A DNA stretch of 57,017 nucleotides, filler included, from Sphacelaria rigidula (taxonomy: Eukaryota), in the NCBI GenBank assembly GCA_964200075.2. It is 6 parts of 6 records of this genome, joined end to end, with 100 filler letters (N's around TTAATTAATTAA, not from the genome) between each part and the next. Parts side by side here need not be neighbours in the genome. Positions count along the whole stretch, not along the records: positions 9,521 to 18,940 come from CAXNAA020008544.1; positions 19,041 to 28,460 come from CAXNAA020008545.1; 4 more parts are not named here. The stretch is one strand, 5' to 3'. The translations under genes and the position numbers were made by a program. Numbering within the stretch: position 1 is the stretch's first letter; the number at the start of each line of letters is the position of its first letter. Positions 11,471 through 24,236 of the stretch are shown here, piece by piece. The notes below the pieces were generated by a model. That model made no database searches. It saw nothing but the letters and a program-made list of their open reading frames with translations, and was not told where the DNA came from.

Positions 11471-13819
11471 TATCACCCCACAGTTTCTTCGACCCCGCCA
11501 TCACACGTAGAGCACCCCGCTCTCCCACGAGTGATGCTTTGAAGCTTTTGCTCACAGGTGCTACCTCCGGGAAAGGCTATAGCAGTGCCCATCTGAAGCG
11601 CCAAGTGTATGATCATGGGAATCGCTTCGGCGAGTACGACACGAAGATGGAGACTGGGAAGAGCTATCTCGCCGGGAACTCGAGCGCCTCAAGCTGGAAC
11701 GGAGGAGCCAAGGATAGACTGCAGCCATCGATGTTTACGAATAGCTCTTGTGTGATGTGGTATATGATATTATTGCGAGAGGAATGCGGTGATGAAATAA
11801 GGCAATGGGTAACTGTATATCGCTGCTACCGTACGCTTCAGTCATGATTTTCGAGTGTTATGGTCTTTTTCTTTTGTCGCTTTGTTATTAATTGCTTCCC
11901 ATTGGTAATATACGGGCACATGTGTGAGCCAAGGCGCGTGGGCTCTATTTCTAGTAGAATAATTGTCAGTGGTTACAGAAGAGCACCCCTCAAAAGCTGC
12001 ACTCCTGTAACTATTGATCAGTTCGTGGAAAGGTTGTTTTTAGCGAGGTTCAAGCCCCGAACTACCCCAGAATCCAGTGTAACTGATCCAGGGTGTCGAC
12101 GCGCGATCAAGCTCACTAGCCGATCGTTCTCCAGTCTAACTGAGATCCCGTGAAAACGACAGCGACCGTACTTGTCTGCTGTTTCTGTCGTTGGAAAGGA
12201 CGTTATAGATTTTTTCCTTTCCTAACGGATGGATTTTTCCCCTGCTTATCAGGGTTTACCTATTCATTAGATCTGCAACGAGTTCTCCCCTGTACTGTAA
12301 CTCAGCAGGTTTTTCTCATTTTACTTTCAGGCGTATGATGCACAGGTTTTGTTTTTGTTCTAGCCCTTCCAGCCCTCCACTAAATTTTTGTTCAGCCATA
12401 TAAATATGGCTAGGGGGATGTTACATATTCATTGGTCATTTTCCAGTCGACTAGGATCCATGTGTCATACTTTGTCGTGCTTGGTACATGATGGATCATA
12501 CCACAACATTGTGTTGTAGAATCTGGCCGTCTGCCCCCCTGTGTGCCCTCACGTGTCACAGCATTTTGGACTATGTATCTCAACTAGCAAAGCACAAGTT
12601 AGCCTGTACGCTAATAATACGAGAGCATCTACGCCATCACGGACTGCGGTCTCAGAGGGATGAATCTCTGGTCTTCACAAGATGCAAGCCTGACCTTCAT
12701 GCAACATTTGTTGCTCTGGCGTCTAAGCGGCTCATCGAGTATGCAGCGCGACGGTGCGAACATGACTGGCTCTGCACTCGGTAACGTCGAGCTCAATGGA
12801 TTCGATATTCATGATTGTGTTTGAGCCCGCTAGCCTGGTGCCCACTGAACTGGCACCGTTCCCAGCTAGGCGGTGAGTATCGAGCCATGACAGTTATACA
12901 TAAGGTACTCTTCTCTTTGACCGTGTACCCCGGTGGGTTGTTTGTATTGTCTTGCCCACAAGCGGTACCTTGAACACTATCTTCTGTCTACACTCCGAAG
13001 AAGCATGGCTGCTTACTTGGCTTTACCGCCATTGCGCCAACTCTAGCGACCACGACAAAGAGGTTCCGAGTGAATCCTCCAACAGGTGTATTGAGCCTCG
13101 ATTCGTGTTGGTGCTGACGGAGCGGACGTTGGACCTTGGAAGGAAGGGAGGAAGGGCAACAGCAAAAGGACAGATATTTGCTGGAAAACAACGTGAGTTG
13201 AGTCAAAGTAAGACGACACTGTGTGTGTCTGGCACTACAACAGTGCGTTGCGTTACGGTTGAGGACGGCACTTACTTTGTGCGCACCTGGCATCATCGCA
13301 GTACGGAGATATCGCTGCGGTACGAAGTGATAAGTTTTTAAAAAGCGGGATAACCGCAGGCGAACAGGTGTAGCTCTGCACCTGTGACGACACGCATCTA
13401 CTCTCGACTGGTGCTACAGCAGGGTACCACAACCTGAACCGAGTAGGACGTGTGATCTATTTTTTGAGGAGACGACAACAGCGTGCGCAGCACCACGGCT
13501 GACCTACGGAAACAGTAACAGTCAGTAGTCGGATCCTTCTTCGGAAAGAAACTTTTCCGCGCCTACTACAGAAGTGCACAACCATGCGCAGTGTTTGTAA
13601 CATGTTGTACACTGACTTTCTACCTGCACCTTTCAAGCTGCCCAATTTAAGCGACGTCGTGGTGGAGTACATATCTGGGTTTGATCCATCTATATTCTTT
13701 TTTTTTCGCGACCTCCCTGGACAAGTCAGGCGGCGGTGACGAAGGCCAATTGTGTGGTGGTATCGGAACACGTTATACTACACTCGTCACGTTGGAGCAA
13801 AGCGACGAGGAGGATTATC

Positions 13820-15001
13820 ATGGCGGTCAATGAGAGTATTCGTGCGGTACTCAAGTTGTGTACAAAATTTGAGGGCAGAGACAAGGCTAGTTTCCGAGAG
13901 TACCAAGACAAACTACGGGTGATCCTTTCCCTCCACCATAATGCGGCCGCAGAAATTCTGCAGGGGCGGCAGAGACCCGCACGCACCGTAATTGGTGATG
14001 AACCGTCAACCCGTGATACGGCAGCTTCACTGGCTTGGAATCGCGCAAACAATGACCTGCTCAACATCTTATTTTTCACCACCGAAAAATCAGCGAACAA
14101 TACCGTGAGACGTTTCATGGGGAAACCCAGGAGGATGGGGTTGGTAATGGCCAAGCAGCATGGGCAGCGCTGCAAGAAAAATATGACGGCAACACAAAAG
14201 AGGCACAATACGACGATGCAGTCAGGGGACGATCCGGACGATTTTTTATTTGTCATGGATGGCTACCGTAACCGCCTGGAGGAAATGGGGCAGTCCGCGC
14301 CTGACGAACGATATGAGGACATTATCCTTCGAGCATTACCTGCCGAGTACGATAGGGTCCGCATTGCTAGCTGTGAGAGACGCGATTTTAATTTGTCGGA
14401 CTTCAGATACATGGTCAGCACCATGTATGCTGACTACCTTTCACGATCGGATGCCACCAACTCGGTCGCAGGCCGCGGGGTCGCCATGCAGGCTAGTGGA
14501 TGGAATGATGGCAGTAAAAGAAATCAAGTACCATGTTACCACTGCAGAAAGCAAGGTCACATTAGGAGAAATTGCCCCGCTCGAAGTGCGACCCGAGCAC
14601 TGACAGGGGGAGACGGTCAGGACGGGGGGAACAATGGGAATGTAGGCAAGTGGTGCTCTTTTCACAACTCAACAACCCACAGCGAAGAAAAGTGCCGTTC
14701 CTTGCAACAGCGCAAGCAGCAGACAGCCAATTTCGCGCAATGTTCAGAGTATCCACCAGCCACCGGCACAAGGGAGCGCCCTCCCGCCATCTCCTTTAAT
14801 GCCCTAGAAGCGCCCAAAGCGGACCATCCCCAAGCGGACGAACCTCGGCGTTTCGCTCCAACGAACGAACCCGTTGCTTCTTTTGACAGCAGCGGCCTCT
14901 TCGGCGCCTTCGAAGGGGCCGACGGAGAGGAGGCCGGGGGTCCGGGGTTCTGGCGCAGAGCTCGCAACCTACTGCCGGGAATCAGGGAGACACTTTCCTA
15001 A
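13820..15001 (+). pseudogene. gag: copia gag (UBN2-type region plus two Zn knuckles)
   Basis: ILRALPAEY motif, CYHCRKQGHIRRNC and WCSFHNSTTHSEEKC; an internal segment (GNGQAAWAALQEKYDG) lies out of frame. Confidence 0.9.
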
Positions 15002-15004
15002 CTA

Positions 15005-18000
15005 GTGCGCGCGCTCGCCGAAATAGCCTTCGTCCACCACGCCTGGTTGATGTTCGGGAATTCATTATACCCCCGGGTCACGTCAAATCTCGACGACACC
15101 GCTGAAACATTAGGCGGAATCACCGATGCTGATGATGGGAAGGCTCTCGCGGCAGGACCCGCTCTTGACAAGTGGACTGAGGGTAGCAATAGCCATGTCA
15201 GTGTCATGATAGACAGTGGTGCGTCGGGACATTACTTCGACGATACCCTCATCCCGGGGCTACGGTATAAACTCCACAACTATCAAGAACTGGCGACCCC
15301 GCGTACGATCACCACCGCAGGGGGGCATCACCTGGCAGGGGTTGGTAAAAGACTGCTCCGCGGCCACATCCAAGACGGCGAAGAGGTCAAACGCCTGGTT
15401 CAGATTTCGTGTTTGGTCGTGCCTGGCTTGGGGCGGAATTTGTTCTCCATCAAACAAGCGACACGAAACGGAGTTGTATCTATTTTCGATATGAACAACC
15501 CAAGACTCGAGACAAACAACTTCACCGTTCCGCTCCAGAAACTGGAGAGCGACCTGTATTTCTTCTCTCTGGAACTAAGCAGCGGCAACGACGCATCTGG
15601 ACTGGTTATGCAAGCTGCAAACGCCGCCACGCTGTGGCATCGGAGGATGGGACACTTGAACAGCAATAGTTTGAATCTTCTCAAAAATGTCGGAAGCAAT
15701 GGAGTGGATTTCGGTTGAGCCGTTCCGGATTGTGATATTTGTGCTGTTGGGAAAAGTAATCAACTGGCCCACCCGAAGACAGCCAACAACCAGGTGCAAC
15801 GCGCTTTTCAACTCGTCATGATAGATCTGATGCGACCGATCATGCCGGAGGCGCTGGGAGGCTTCAAGTACGTCTGCAAGATCTCCGATGGGTACACCAG
15901 ATGGACAGAGATTTACCTCGAAAAAACCAAGGACAGCACTCTTCATGCATTTCAGTCCTACGTACAGTCAATGGTCATTCCTGGCGGTGTTCGGGCCGAA
16001 CGACTAAGGGCAGACAAAGGCGGTGACTTCATCGGCAACGAGTTCAAGTCGTACTGCCGACAGACAGGCATATTGCTAGAGTTTCCAAACACCAATACAC
16101 CACAACAAATCGGCCTGTCAGAACGCGTAGGAAGTACGCTTGCAGCCATGGTCCGGTACATGCTTGCTGACAGTGGCTTGCCGACTTTTCTCTGGGGGCA
16201 ACTGATGTTCACAGCGGCCTACCTTGCAAACAGATCACCGCATTCGGCGCTTGACATGCAGTCGCCTCATAAGATGCTGAAGGGGACAGAACCGGATCTC
16301 AAACACCTTCGAGTCATCGGAGCCAGGACTTTCGTACATATCGAGCGGCATACTTCGAAGCATGCTCTTAAAGAAGTTGAAGAACGACTAGTTAGGTACA
16401 GCAATGACAGTAAGAACTACCGAGTCTACAACCCGGCCACGCGACATATCATTGAGAGCAGGAACGTCGTCTTCATCGAGACTCCGACACACCTTACCCC
16501 GACGGGAGAGCCACAACTTCGGATACGCCCGTTTTCACTTGGTGACCAGGACTCCAGCAACAGAGAGGGCCACAATCACGTCACCGACGACGGCTTCTTC
16601 CGTGATCTTCGCGATTGCACCTCCGTACTAGCTCAACCGGCTCACGCCTCCGTTGATCATATCACTGCCAGCGGGATCTCTAACGATCCACAGGTGGCCG
16701 AGCTTCTGGAGAGAATCAGCGCCATTTCCAAGCGGGACATGCTGCACGACGGTGGCACACCCCGTGAAGAGACGTCGCCAACAGCATCACCCGAGAGCCG
16801 TGCGCCGCTGGAACAAATTGCACCCCTTTCTCGGGATGAAGTTAGCCAGTCCACATCATCAGCCGAATCACCACTGCTCAACCGCTCTCGACACTCTCGC
16901 CATCAAGTAACTCCCGCCGTGACGCGCGCAGGCATTGCAGCGCGCTTCTCCCGGGAACGCAACACCAACAACGACGGCGCAGCTTCTGCGCACCTTTCAG
17001 CCACTGTGGACGACAAAATGCTCTCCGAGCTACGGCGACTGCAAATACACACCAACGCGCTCCTACCAGATGTTGTGCACCAGACGTTTGGGGCGAAATC
17101 AGTCGTGGAGTATGCCTACACAACTACCAACCTCTCGAGCTGTCCAGTGGGGAAGAACACCGAAAGAATCCCAAACACGTTCAATGAGGTCATGAGTCTT
17201 CCCGAAAAGGAACAATGGAAGGCGGCATCAGATACGGAGATGGATAGCCTAAGAAGGATTAACGTGTATACTCTAGTGCCGTCAAGCTCTGTCCCAACTG
17301 GACACAGGTTGATCGGGTCCCGATGGGTGTTCAAGAAGAAAGCGGATTTCTCGCACAAGGCCCGAGTCGTCATCCAGGGTTTGGGACAAGTCCCTGGCGT
17401 CGACTGTGGCAGCACTTTCGCACCGGTCTGCAGGATCCAAAGCATTCGCATGATATTAGCTGTAGCGGCGGAGTATGACTAGGAGTGTTGGCAATTGGAC
17501 TTTAACACCGCCTTTCTGAACGCCGAACTCAAGGAAGAAGTTTACGTCAAAATGGCGCCAGGATACGAGGAGCTTGACGCCAATGGAACTCCGATGGCAT
17601 TGCGGCTCCACAAAAGTCTCTATGGCCTCCGTCAAAGTCTAAACTGCTGGTGGGGAACGATCGACACACCTGGCGGGAAGTGGATTCAAGAGCCTTAAGT
17701 CGGACCCTTGCGTGTACATATACCAAGAAAGCGGCGACGTCTACATTTTGACTTTATGCGTTGATCACGTCCTACTGCTTGAGAAAGAGATGTCAAAGCG
17801 TTGAGGAGGATCAAGCATAAACTGATGGGACGTTTCTCGATGACGGACATGGGAGATGCATCGTTAGTGCTGGGAATGGAGGTTGTTCGTGATCGCGTCA
17901 GGAAGACAGTCACCATCAGCCAGAGAAGTTACACCAAGTCCCTCCGGGAACGATACGGGATGGCGGATTGCAACCCAGCATATACTCCTGGTGTGGGATA

Positions 18001-18723
18001 CAAGAACTATCACTGGACCAGCCGAGAGACAAAATACTCAACGAGGAGGACAAAAAACGTTTCCAGGCCATTACGGGCAGTGTGATGTATCTCGCTCACG
18101 TGACACGCTACGACATTGGATACGCGGTGAATCAACTGGCGCGGGCGATGTCCAATCCATCGAAGGCGCATATGGCAGCTGCAAGACACTTACTTCGATA
18201 TTTGGCCGGCACTACAGATCATGTCATCACCTACAACCAGGGTGGCTTCCAATTGACGGCGTTCTCAGATGCGAACTGGGGCAACAACCCAGACAACGGG
18301 AAATCAACATCACCATATCTTCTCTTTCGCTCGAATGGCCCCATCAGTTTTAAGGTAGGACTACAAGGACTCACCGCGCAATCGACGATGGAAGCAGAAC
18401 TCGTGGCCGCTGCACTCACCATGAAGGAAGGCATATTTTGCTCGAATATGATGCGGGAGATGGAATTTGGCACACGCTTCGATTCCGTTCCTGTCTACAT
18501 CGACAACTCTCCAACTCTCCATGTCGCAGGCAACCGAACTTACAGCTCGAGAGTCAAGCACGTAGCTCTACGGTACTTCTTCATTCAGGAATAAGTCAAA
18601 GAGGGAAGGATCGACATTCCTTACGTCAAGACGGAAGACCAACTCGCAGGCATAGGGACCAAGTACCTCAGCAAACACAGGCCCCGCCATCTCGTCAAGC
18701 TGATCAGCACATTCAAAATATGA
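15005..18723 (+). pseudogene. pol: copia pol (protease, integrase, RT, RNase H) with stops and frameshifts
   Basis: IDSGASGHY (PR); LWHRRMGH..CDIC; D-D-E in VMIDL/LRADKG/LSERV; SRWVFKKK, TFAPV, KSLYGLRQ; YVDD degenerated to CVDH; FSDANW and STMEAE (RNase H); stops at 15716, 17480 and 18592. Confidence 0.95.
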
Positions 18724-18940
18724 GTACAGCCTGGTTGTAGCTTTGAGTTCTTATTTCGTCCTTGAGTGCCGAGACGGTTGTACAAATGTGGGTGTTTGAA
18801 AGTAGTACGTATTTGCATTCAGGGAGAGTGTGAAGAGTTCAGAGTTATACTTGCGTTGAGGGGGAGTGTCAGAAAATGAGGCTGTGGAGCCATGCTCTTC
18901 AACGCTTTGTGTGGTATTGACTTTATATATATATGTAGTG

Positions 18941-19040
18941 NNNNNNNNNNNNNNNNNNNNNNNNNNNNNNNNNNNNNNNNNNNNTTAATTAATTAANNNN
19001 NNNNNNNNNNNNNNNNNNNNNNNNNNNNNNNNNNNNNNNN
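18941..19040. other. Artificial contig spacer
   Basis: N run with TTAATTAATTAA. Confidence 0.98.
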
Positions 19041-21903
19041 GATGAAAACCACCAAAATCCGGAGCCTTCCCAAAAAAAATGGTACGAATTTACCGCCCTT
19101 TAAAAAACCCCCCCCCCCCCCCCCCCCCCCTCCCCCCATCAGTGCTACATGAGCTTGCAAAAACCTTATCGTCGTTTCTTTAGTACGAATATGTTGTTCT
19201 ATGTTATTAGAGTTGCGTTCAGACACAGTTTCGCTTAAACGACTGGTACAGACGGTGTAAACGTGTTTCATTGGATCGCTGTAGACACGGACTTTCGGCT
19301 GTGGTACAAATAAGGGTAACGAAGCATACGTCAGAGAGTATCTCGAAACTACAACGAAAGCGCGGATTGGTCGCCTCTTTGCTCGAAACAAACAACGAAG
19401 CAGCAGCAGTGAAAGTTGCCGTAACGAAGGAGTGGTGCCGCATCCCCCCCCCCCAGATATTAGGAGTAGCAGTGATTCTCCCCTCGAAAGGGATGCGTGG
19501 TCAATAGTCAAACGACAAAAACAAGCAACAATTGAGAGTACGCCTCCCCTAGAGAAAAGTCGATGGTTTGAGGAGGCAAACGGATGCCCGGAATGCCCCG
19601 GGGGGAAACCCCTGACGATATAATGAAAGTCAAACATTTTCACACGTCGGAAAGCGGATGCGCTACCTAATTATTACTTCGAAGTGCTTCTTTACGGTGT
19701 ACTGGTTCGGATCATGGCCAGCTCATTTGGCCCTTGTTCCCCATGTTTGCTCCGTCATGAATGATTCTACGGTAGTGGAGGGTTGCACTTTTAAGTCCAA
19801 AAGTGCTCTGAGGCTACACACCAAGGCCGAGATGTTTGTCGTCGAGAGCTCCGAAAGTGCAGAGCCTCAGGAAAAAGTTGTGCACCCCCACCATAAAAAC
19901 ACTCCCCCACGGCGCTGGAGGCCGAGCACGCAGCGTAGCGCCAAGGGTATGCTCTGGTTTCTCTGACCCCACGATCACGTATTTTGTGTTCATGGGCCAA
20001 TGGGTTGGAGGGTCCTCTTTGATTGTTCATTATGGGGAGCTCATGAGCTGTACAATGTGTGAAACCTTGGCATGAAACTCGCAGGTCTGTCTATTCGGGG
20101 GCGGGGAATCACCCGTGCATGATATGTCTCAATGTTTTCCCCGCGAACGACGAGAAAAGTACACCCTGGTACAGTTTTTTTTCCTCCGTGATTTCTGCTG
20201 CTGCCTGTGAGGAATAGTACAGTATGGGTATTTCCGCCGGGTATGGCTTTGAAAGTCCTGCTCCACCTCAGTTTATATTTTTCTTCAACGCAGGCCTGGC
20301 TACAAACAGATTGTGGTGTGCCTCTCTACTACCTCCGACCGCTCGAATGAAACGACTGAACAGCACACTCGCTCACGAGCTGCACACGAATTTCTGCGAT
20401 GACAATAGATTTGAGGGAGGGGCTTCGTTGCACGAAACGAAGTGATTCATGCCGTGCGTTCCACGACCTCACTCACTTGATTTGCGTCTGTATGTCGGGT
20501 CATGAATGTGTGCGGCCAGTTCAATACGAAGAGCATATGAATGATTTTTCTGCCCGCAGCGACGACCCCCTCGTACAAGAAGTGGCTCAAAACACCGCCC
20601 CATCCGCCCCCCTTAGCAGACGACCATACTTACCGGGGGCAAGGATTACTCCGAGTCAGAACATAGTATCCCTCTCCCCCCTCCCCCCCCCGTCTCATCT
20701 CCCGAACGGTTCGTGCTTGGCGCCTGACGTTATCGCGATAGAACTTGAAACGTGCCCCCAAAATGTCATAATCGTTTGGCCGCTCCTAACTCGTCTATCT
20801 AGACTCATAGTATGTGCCTCACTATACACCTGTGTGCTATCCTTCCGATGTAACCCTGAGGCTATCGAAGGGATAAATGACCAGTGTCTGTCGAGAACTG
20901 GGAATCTTTCACATAATAGTGACCACACGAAAAAATGTACCATCCTGTGAGCACGCATATTTATACCCGCTTTATCAAGACGGATTTTGTAGGTCACCAA
21001 TCGTCCATCCAGGCTGCAAATTTTTGCTGACGTCTACCGTACGCGCATGCCGCAAAACTACTGTTACTTGAAACCTGTCCAGACATCATGCAGGCGTAGG
21101 CCACTCGCCTATGGGTTGGCATCATGTATTATTCCTTTTGTTTCTTCGCTTTTCTGACTCAACCCCTCACCTCTCTCAGGATAAGCCCGTAATCTCCAAC
21201 GATCAACCCATCCCTCCTCCATCACAAGCCCTACATTTTGGGATCGCGGATCTGATCAGCACTACCGCGACGCGTCGACTCGTCAAAATATACTCTCCTA
21301 TTTGCTACTCGTGTCTCCACGCTTTTAAGCGACGGAAATCAAATACTCCTGATATTTAACGAAGAAGAAGACGCTCAGTATGGGTACAATCTGCTGCCGG
21401 AATCCTAACTTCCAGACTCCGCTACGACCGGCTTCCAAGATATAAATACCAATTTCATCATGGGGGCGCGGCGGCTGTGGATCAAATCAATTTGGAGGGC
21501 AGGTGCTCCCTATGCTGGAGATCTTCCTTGCCCATGTGGAGCAAGCCCTTGACTGCGATCTACAAGTGGGAGCTGTCTTGCGGCGTTCGTCTTGATCCCG
21601 CTGAGATGTATATGGTGTTGAACGATAGAGGATACCACGCGCGAACCTACCAGCACCCCACCTGCCTGCACTTCATCGTTACCGAGCGTTGCATGATGAC
21701 GTATCCCGCAGCCCATCAACTTTCCTCCAATCTTTTTGTCAACCCTTGTTCTCACGTTTTCGGAAGACGAAAATCGGGGGGGAAAGACTTTCCTACTCCC
21801 ACATCCAGGACTCGAACTCACCAAATCCGCCAAAACTGATCAAGTGTTGTTGTCGTACCAGTACGACCATAGGGGCGCGGCAGCTCGGCACTTCATCTCC
21901 TGG

Positions 21904-22356
21904 CTTGAAACAGCCGATCATCGAAATAGAGGATGGACTTCGTCATTGAGGATGAGAACCCGGAGGATTAAAATCTTCGTATCCACACCATATCTTCGAA
22001 ATATGGCTCCATTCCTTCACCTACTGGTGGCTATTGAAAAGTATTACACGCCATAGAAATTTGGCTTTCGATAACCGAAATGTTGGGGTCCTAGGTGAAA
22101 AAACAAAATTGGGCAATTCAGGCGATCCGATCGGATCACCAAAATTGTCAGAATTTTTTGCTTCATCTAGGACCCTAACATGTGGTTATTGAAATCCAAA
22201 TTTGTATGGCGTGTAACACCTGTCAATAGCCACCAGTAGGTGAAGGGATGGAACCATATTTCGAAGATTAGGTGTGAATACGAAGATTTTAATCCTCCGG
22301 GTTCTCATCCTCAATGAGGAGCTCCATCCTCAGTTTCGATGATGGGCTGTTTCGAG
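21904..22356. mobile_element. About 453-bp fold-back (fully palindromic) element
   Basis: Arms are complementary from the ends to the centre GATCCGA|TCGGATC at 22130/22131; partial homologue near 47800-47910. Confidence 0.85.
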
Positions 22357-22998
22357 GAAGGTTTACCCCAGCTTAGCCCAAAGAAGTAAGCGATGGTTGG
22401 CGCCTACTTTTGCTTCGCCAAACCATAACGCTAAACGCCAACCCCAGCCAAAATATCCCCACCCATGGCAGACCGACACATCCCGGACGAGGGAGGTGCA
22501 TAGGGTGGTGCCCTTAACTAGGCAACGTGTGCGTCTTGTTTGCTCGCCTCGGATTGGCGCCTAGCTCAACAGGCGCCGGTTTGAGAGCCAAAACACGTGC
22601 TGGCTGCACCACTTCGAGCAGGCTAGGCGAGTGAACGCTTGGGGCTGTCAGCCCTGTGAGCATTCAAATATGATTACCTACTAACAAAAACAAGTACTGT
22701 ATACAATCCATCATAGCTTATTCTCGCCGACCTGGGGTAAGCTCCACGGCCTGCCTAACGCCGCCCTCGCCACAATGACCCCTGAGGTGTGGGGATGCCT
22801 CGGCGTGCGGTCAACCCGAGGAGAGTTCTCGCAGAGCTCCTACTAGTGATGCATGCCGATTGATGAGTAGCTCGGTCAAAATCACACACACTACACACTC
22901 ACACACACTCCACTCATGTACAAGGTCTGGCGAAAAAAAGAGGATAAACTGTACTTGTATGTACTAAAGTATCAGAATTTGTAAGAAAAACAAATGAC

Positions 22999-23403
22999 CT
23001 ATCCAGAGGCATCGAGGGGTCGAAAGTTCTCCAATTCCTCCGCACCAGCAGACTGCAATTGCTGAAGCGACACTTCCAGGGCACGAAGTGCCCCGCTGAT
23101 CACAAGTTTCTCTTCCAATCTCACCCTGGCGGCCGCTATCTGCCGCTCCAGCTTCGGCTGACCATAGAGTTTCTCGAATTCTTCTAGAGTGTCCACTGGT
23201 ACAAAGTTCTTCTCAGGGTCAGTCGGATTCGCTTGTTGATCTTGTTGCTGCTGCTGCAGCTGCTCGACCAGTGTCGCGATGAGTTGCACTTCGTCGTCGG
23301 CCGACGATTTGTTCGGGCCATCTAGCTTGCCCCGCAGTCCGGCGGCGAGAGCTCCCAACGCGGCCGTCTCGTTCCGGACGCTCACAATCTTTCCCTTGAA
23401 CGC
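22999..23403 (-). CDS. Probable terminal exon of an unknown, partly helical protein
   Basis: 134 open codons of protein-like composition (AFKGKIVSVRNET..KLERQIAAARVRLEEKL..DASG*) after CTGAT/TTGAC branch-like motifs and an AAG acceptor; upstream exons not found. Confidence 0.45.
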   Translation of the reverse strand, partial: AFKGKIVSVRNETAALGALAAGLRGKLDGPNKSSADDEVQLIATLVEQLQQQQQDQQANPTDPEKNFVPVDTLEEFEKLYGQPKLERQIAAARVRLEEKLVISGALRALEVSLQQLQSAGAEELENFRPLDASG

Positions 23404-23819
23404 CTTTTTTTGTAGTCAATCAATCAGCATGTAGGAGGGGAGGGGGGGCGCATGAGATTCCCGATGTCGTACAGAAGCAGCGATTTGTTTTCGTTTTGCT
23501 TCAGAAGAATTTACTCTAGTTTCGGCGCAAATAAGCAATGGTTCAATATATATATATTTGGCATATTTGGCATTAGTGCAGATCATCATGTTCGGATCTT
23601 CACAGAGTTTACAATTCCAAGCGTTTTTTTCCAGCGTGCGCAGCACGCACTCTGCCTCAAAACGAAGCATACTTTGCCAAGGGCACACTTCACGCACTTC
23701 CCTTGCCACAGAGGTCTTCGTCTGCCTTTGTTAGGGGTCGGGCTAGGGTTAGCCTCATGGTTTAATGAAAACAGAGGTCGTGTCGGCCATCGCTTATCTT
23801 TGTCGAAGTGGGATAAATG

Positions 23820-24216
23820 TGTGCGGATTATGCATTGAACATGAGTTTCATACATGGATTATCGGGCATGTAGTCAAGCACCCTGGTAGGAGCCAGTACG
23901 GTTCAGTACAAAAGCACTAATACGGACGGTCCGGGAATCGGTTTTGTAGCCAGTAGTCAGCGGAGCCAGAATGGCTCCGTAGCTCCTCTAAAGTTGGGGC
24001 CTAGGGCTGGGGTTCAGAGAGAGGCTCAGATAGAGCTGTACACAAGCGGGTGACATCTGAATGAAAAGTGAAAAGCACGGCGATACAGCGCCCCACTCGG
24101 GTACATCATCTGCTCAACCCGCCTAGATCTCTCGTAATAACTGCCTTTCTCCGCTATAAAACGGTGCACTGCGAGGAAGCGCGCCGCGGCCACATCAAAC
24201 ACCTCACACGTGGACA
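23820..24216 (+). repeat. 5' LTR
   Basis: TGTGCGGATTATG...GTGGACA; direct repeat of 27602-28014. Confidence 0.9.
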
Positions 24217-24236
24217 GGTTATGAGCCTCGAAAAGT

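Larger units (their letters stand above)
13085..18940 (+). mobile_element. Ty1/copia LTR retrotransposon, decayed; 3' LTR truncated by contig end
   Basis: Domain order gag, PR, IN, RT, RNase H; PPT GAGGGGGAG at 18858-18866, then LTR start TGTCAG at 18867; candidate PBS GGTGTATTGAGCC after ..CCAACA at 13084. Confidence 0.95.

Noticed and set aside
11700..13084. 5' LTR of the first copia element
   Set aside because: No convincing match to the 74 bp of 3' LTR available, so the start cannot be placed.
20626..20690. ATACTTACC resembling the U1 snRNA 5' end
   Set aside because: Not followed by CTGG, and no U1 loop I, loop II (ATTGCAC) or Sm site.
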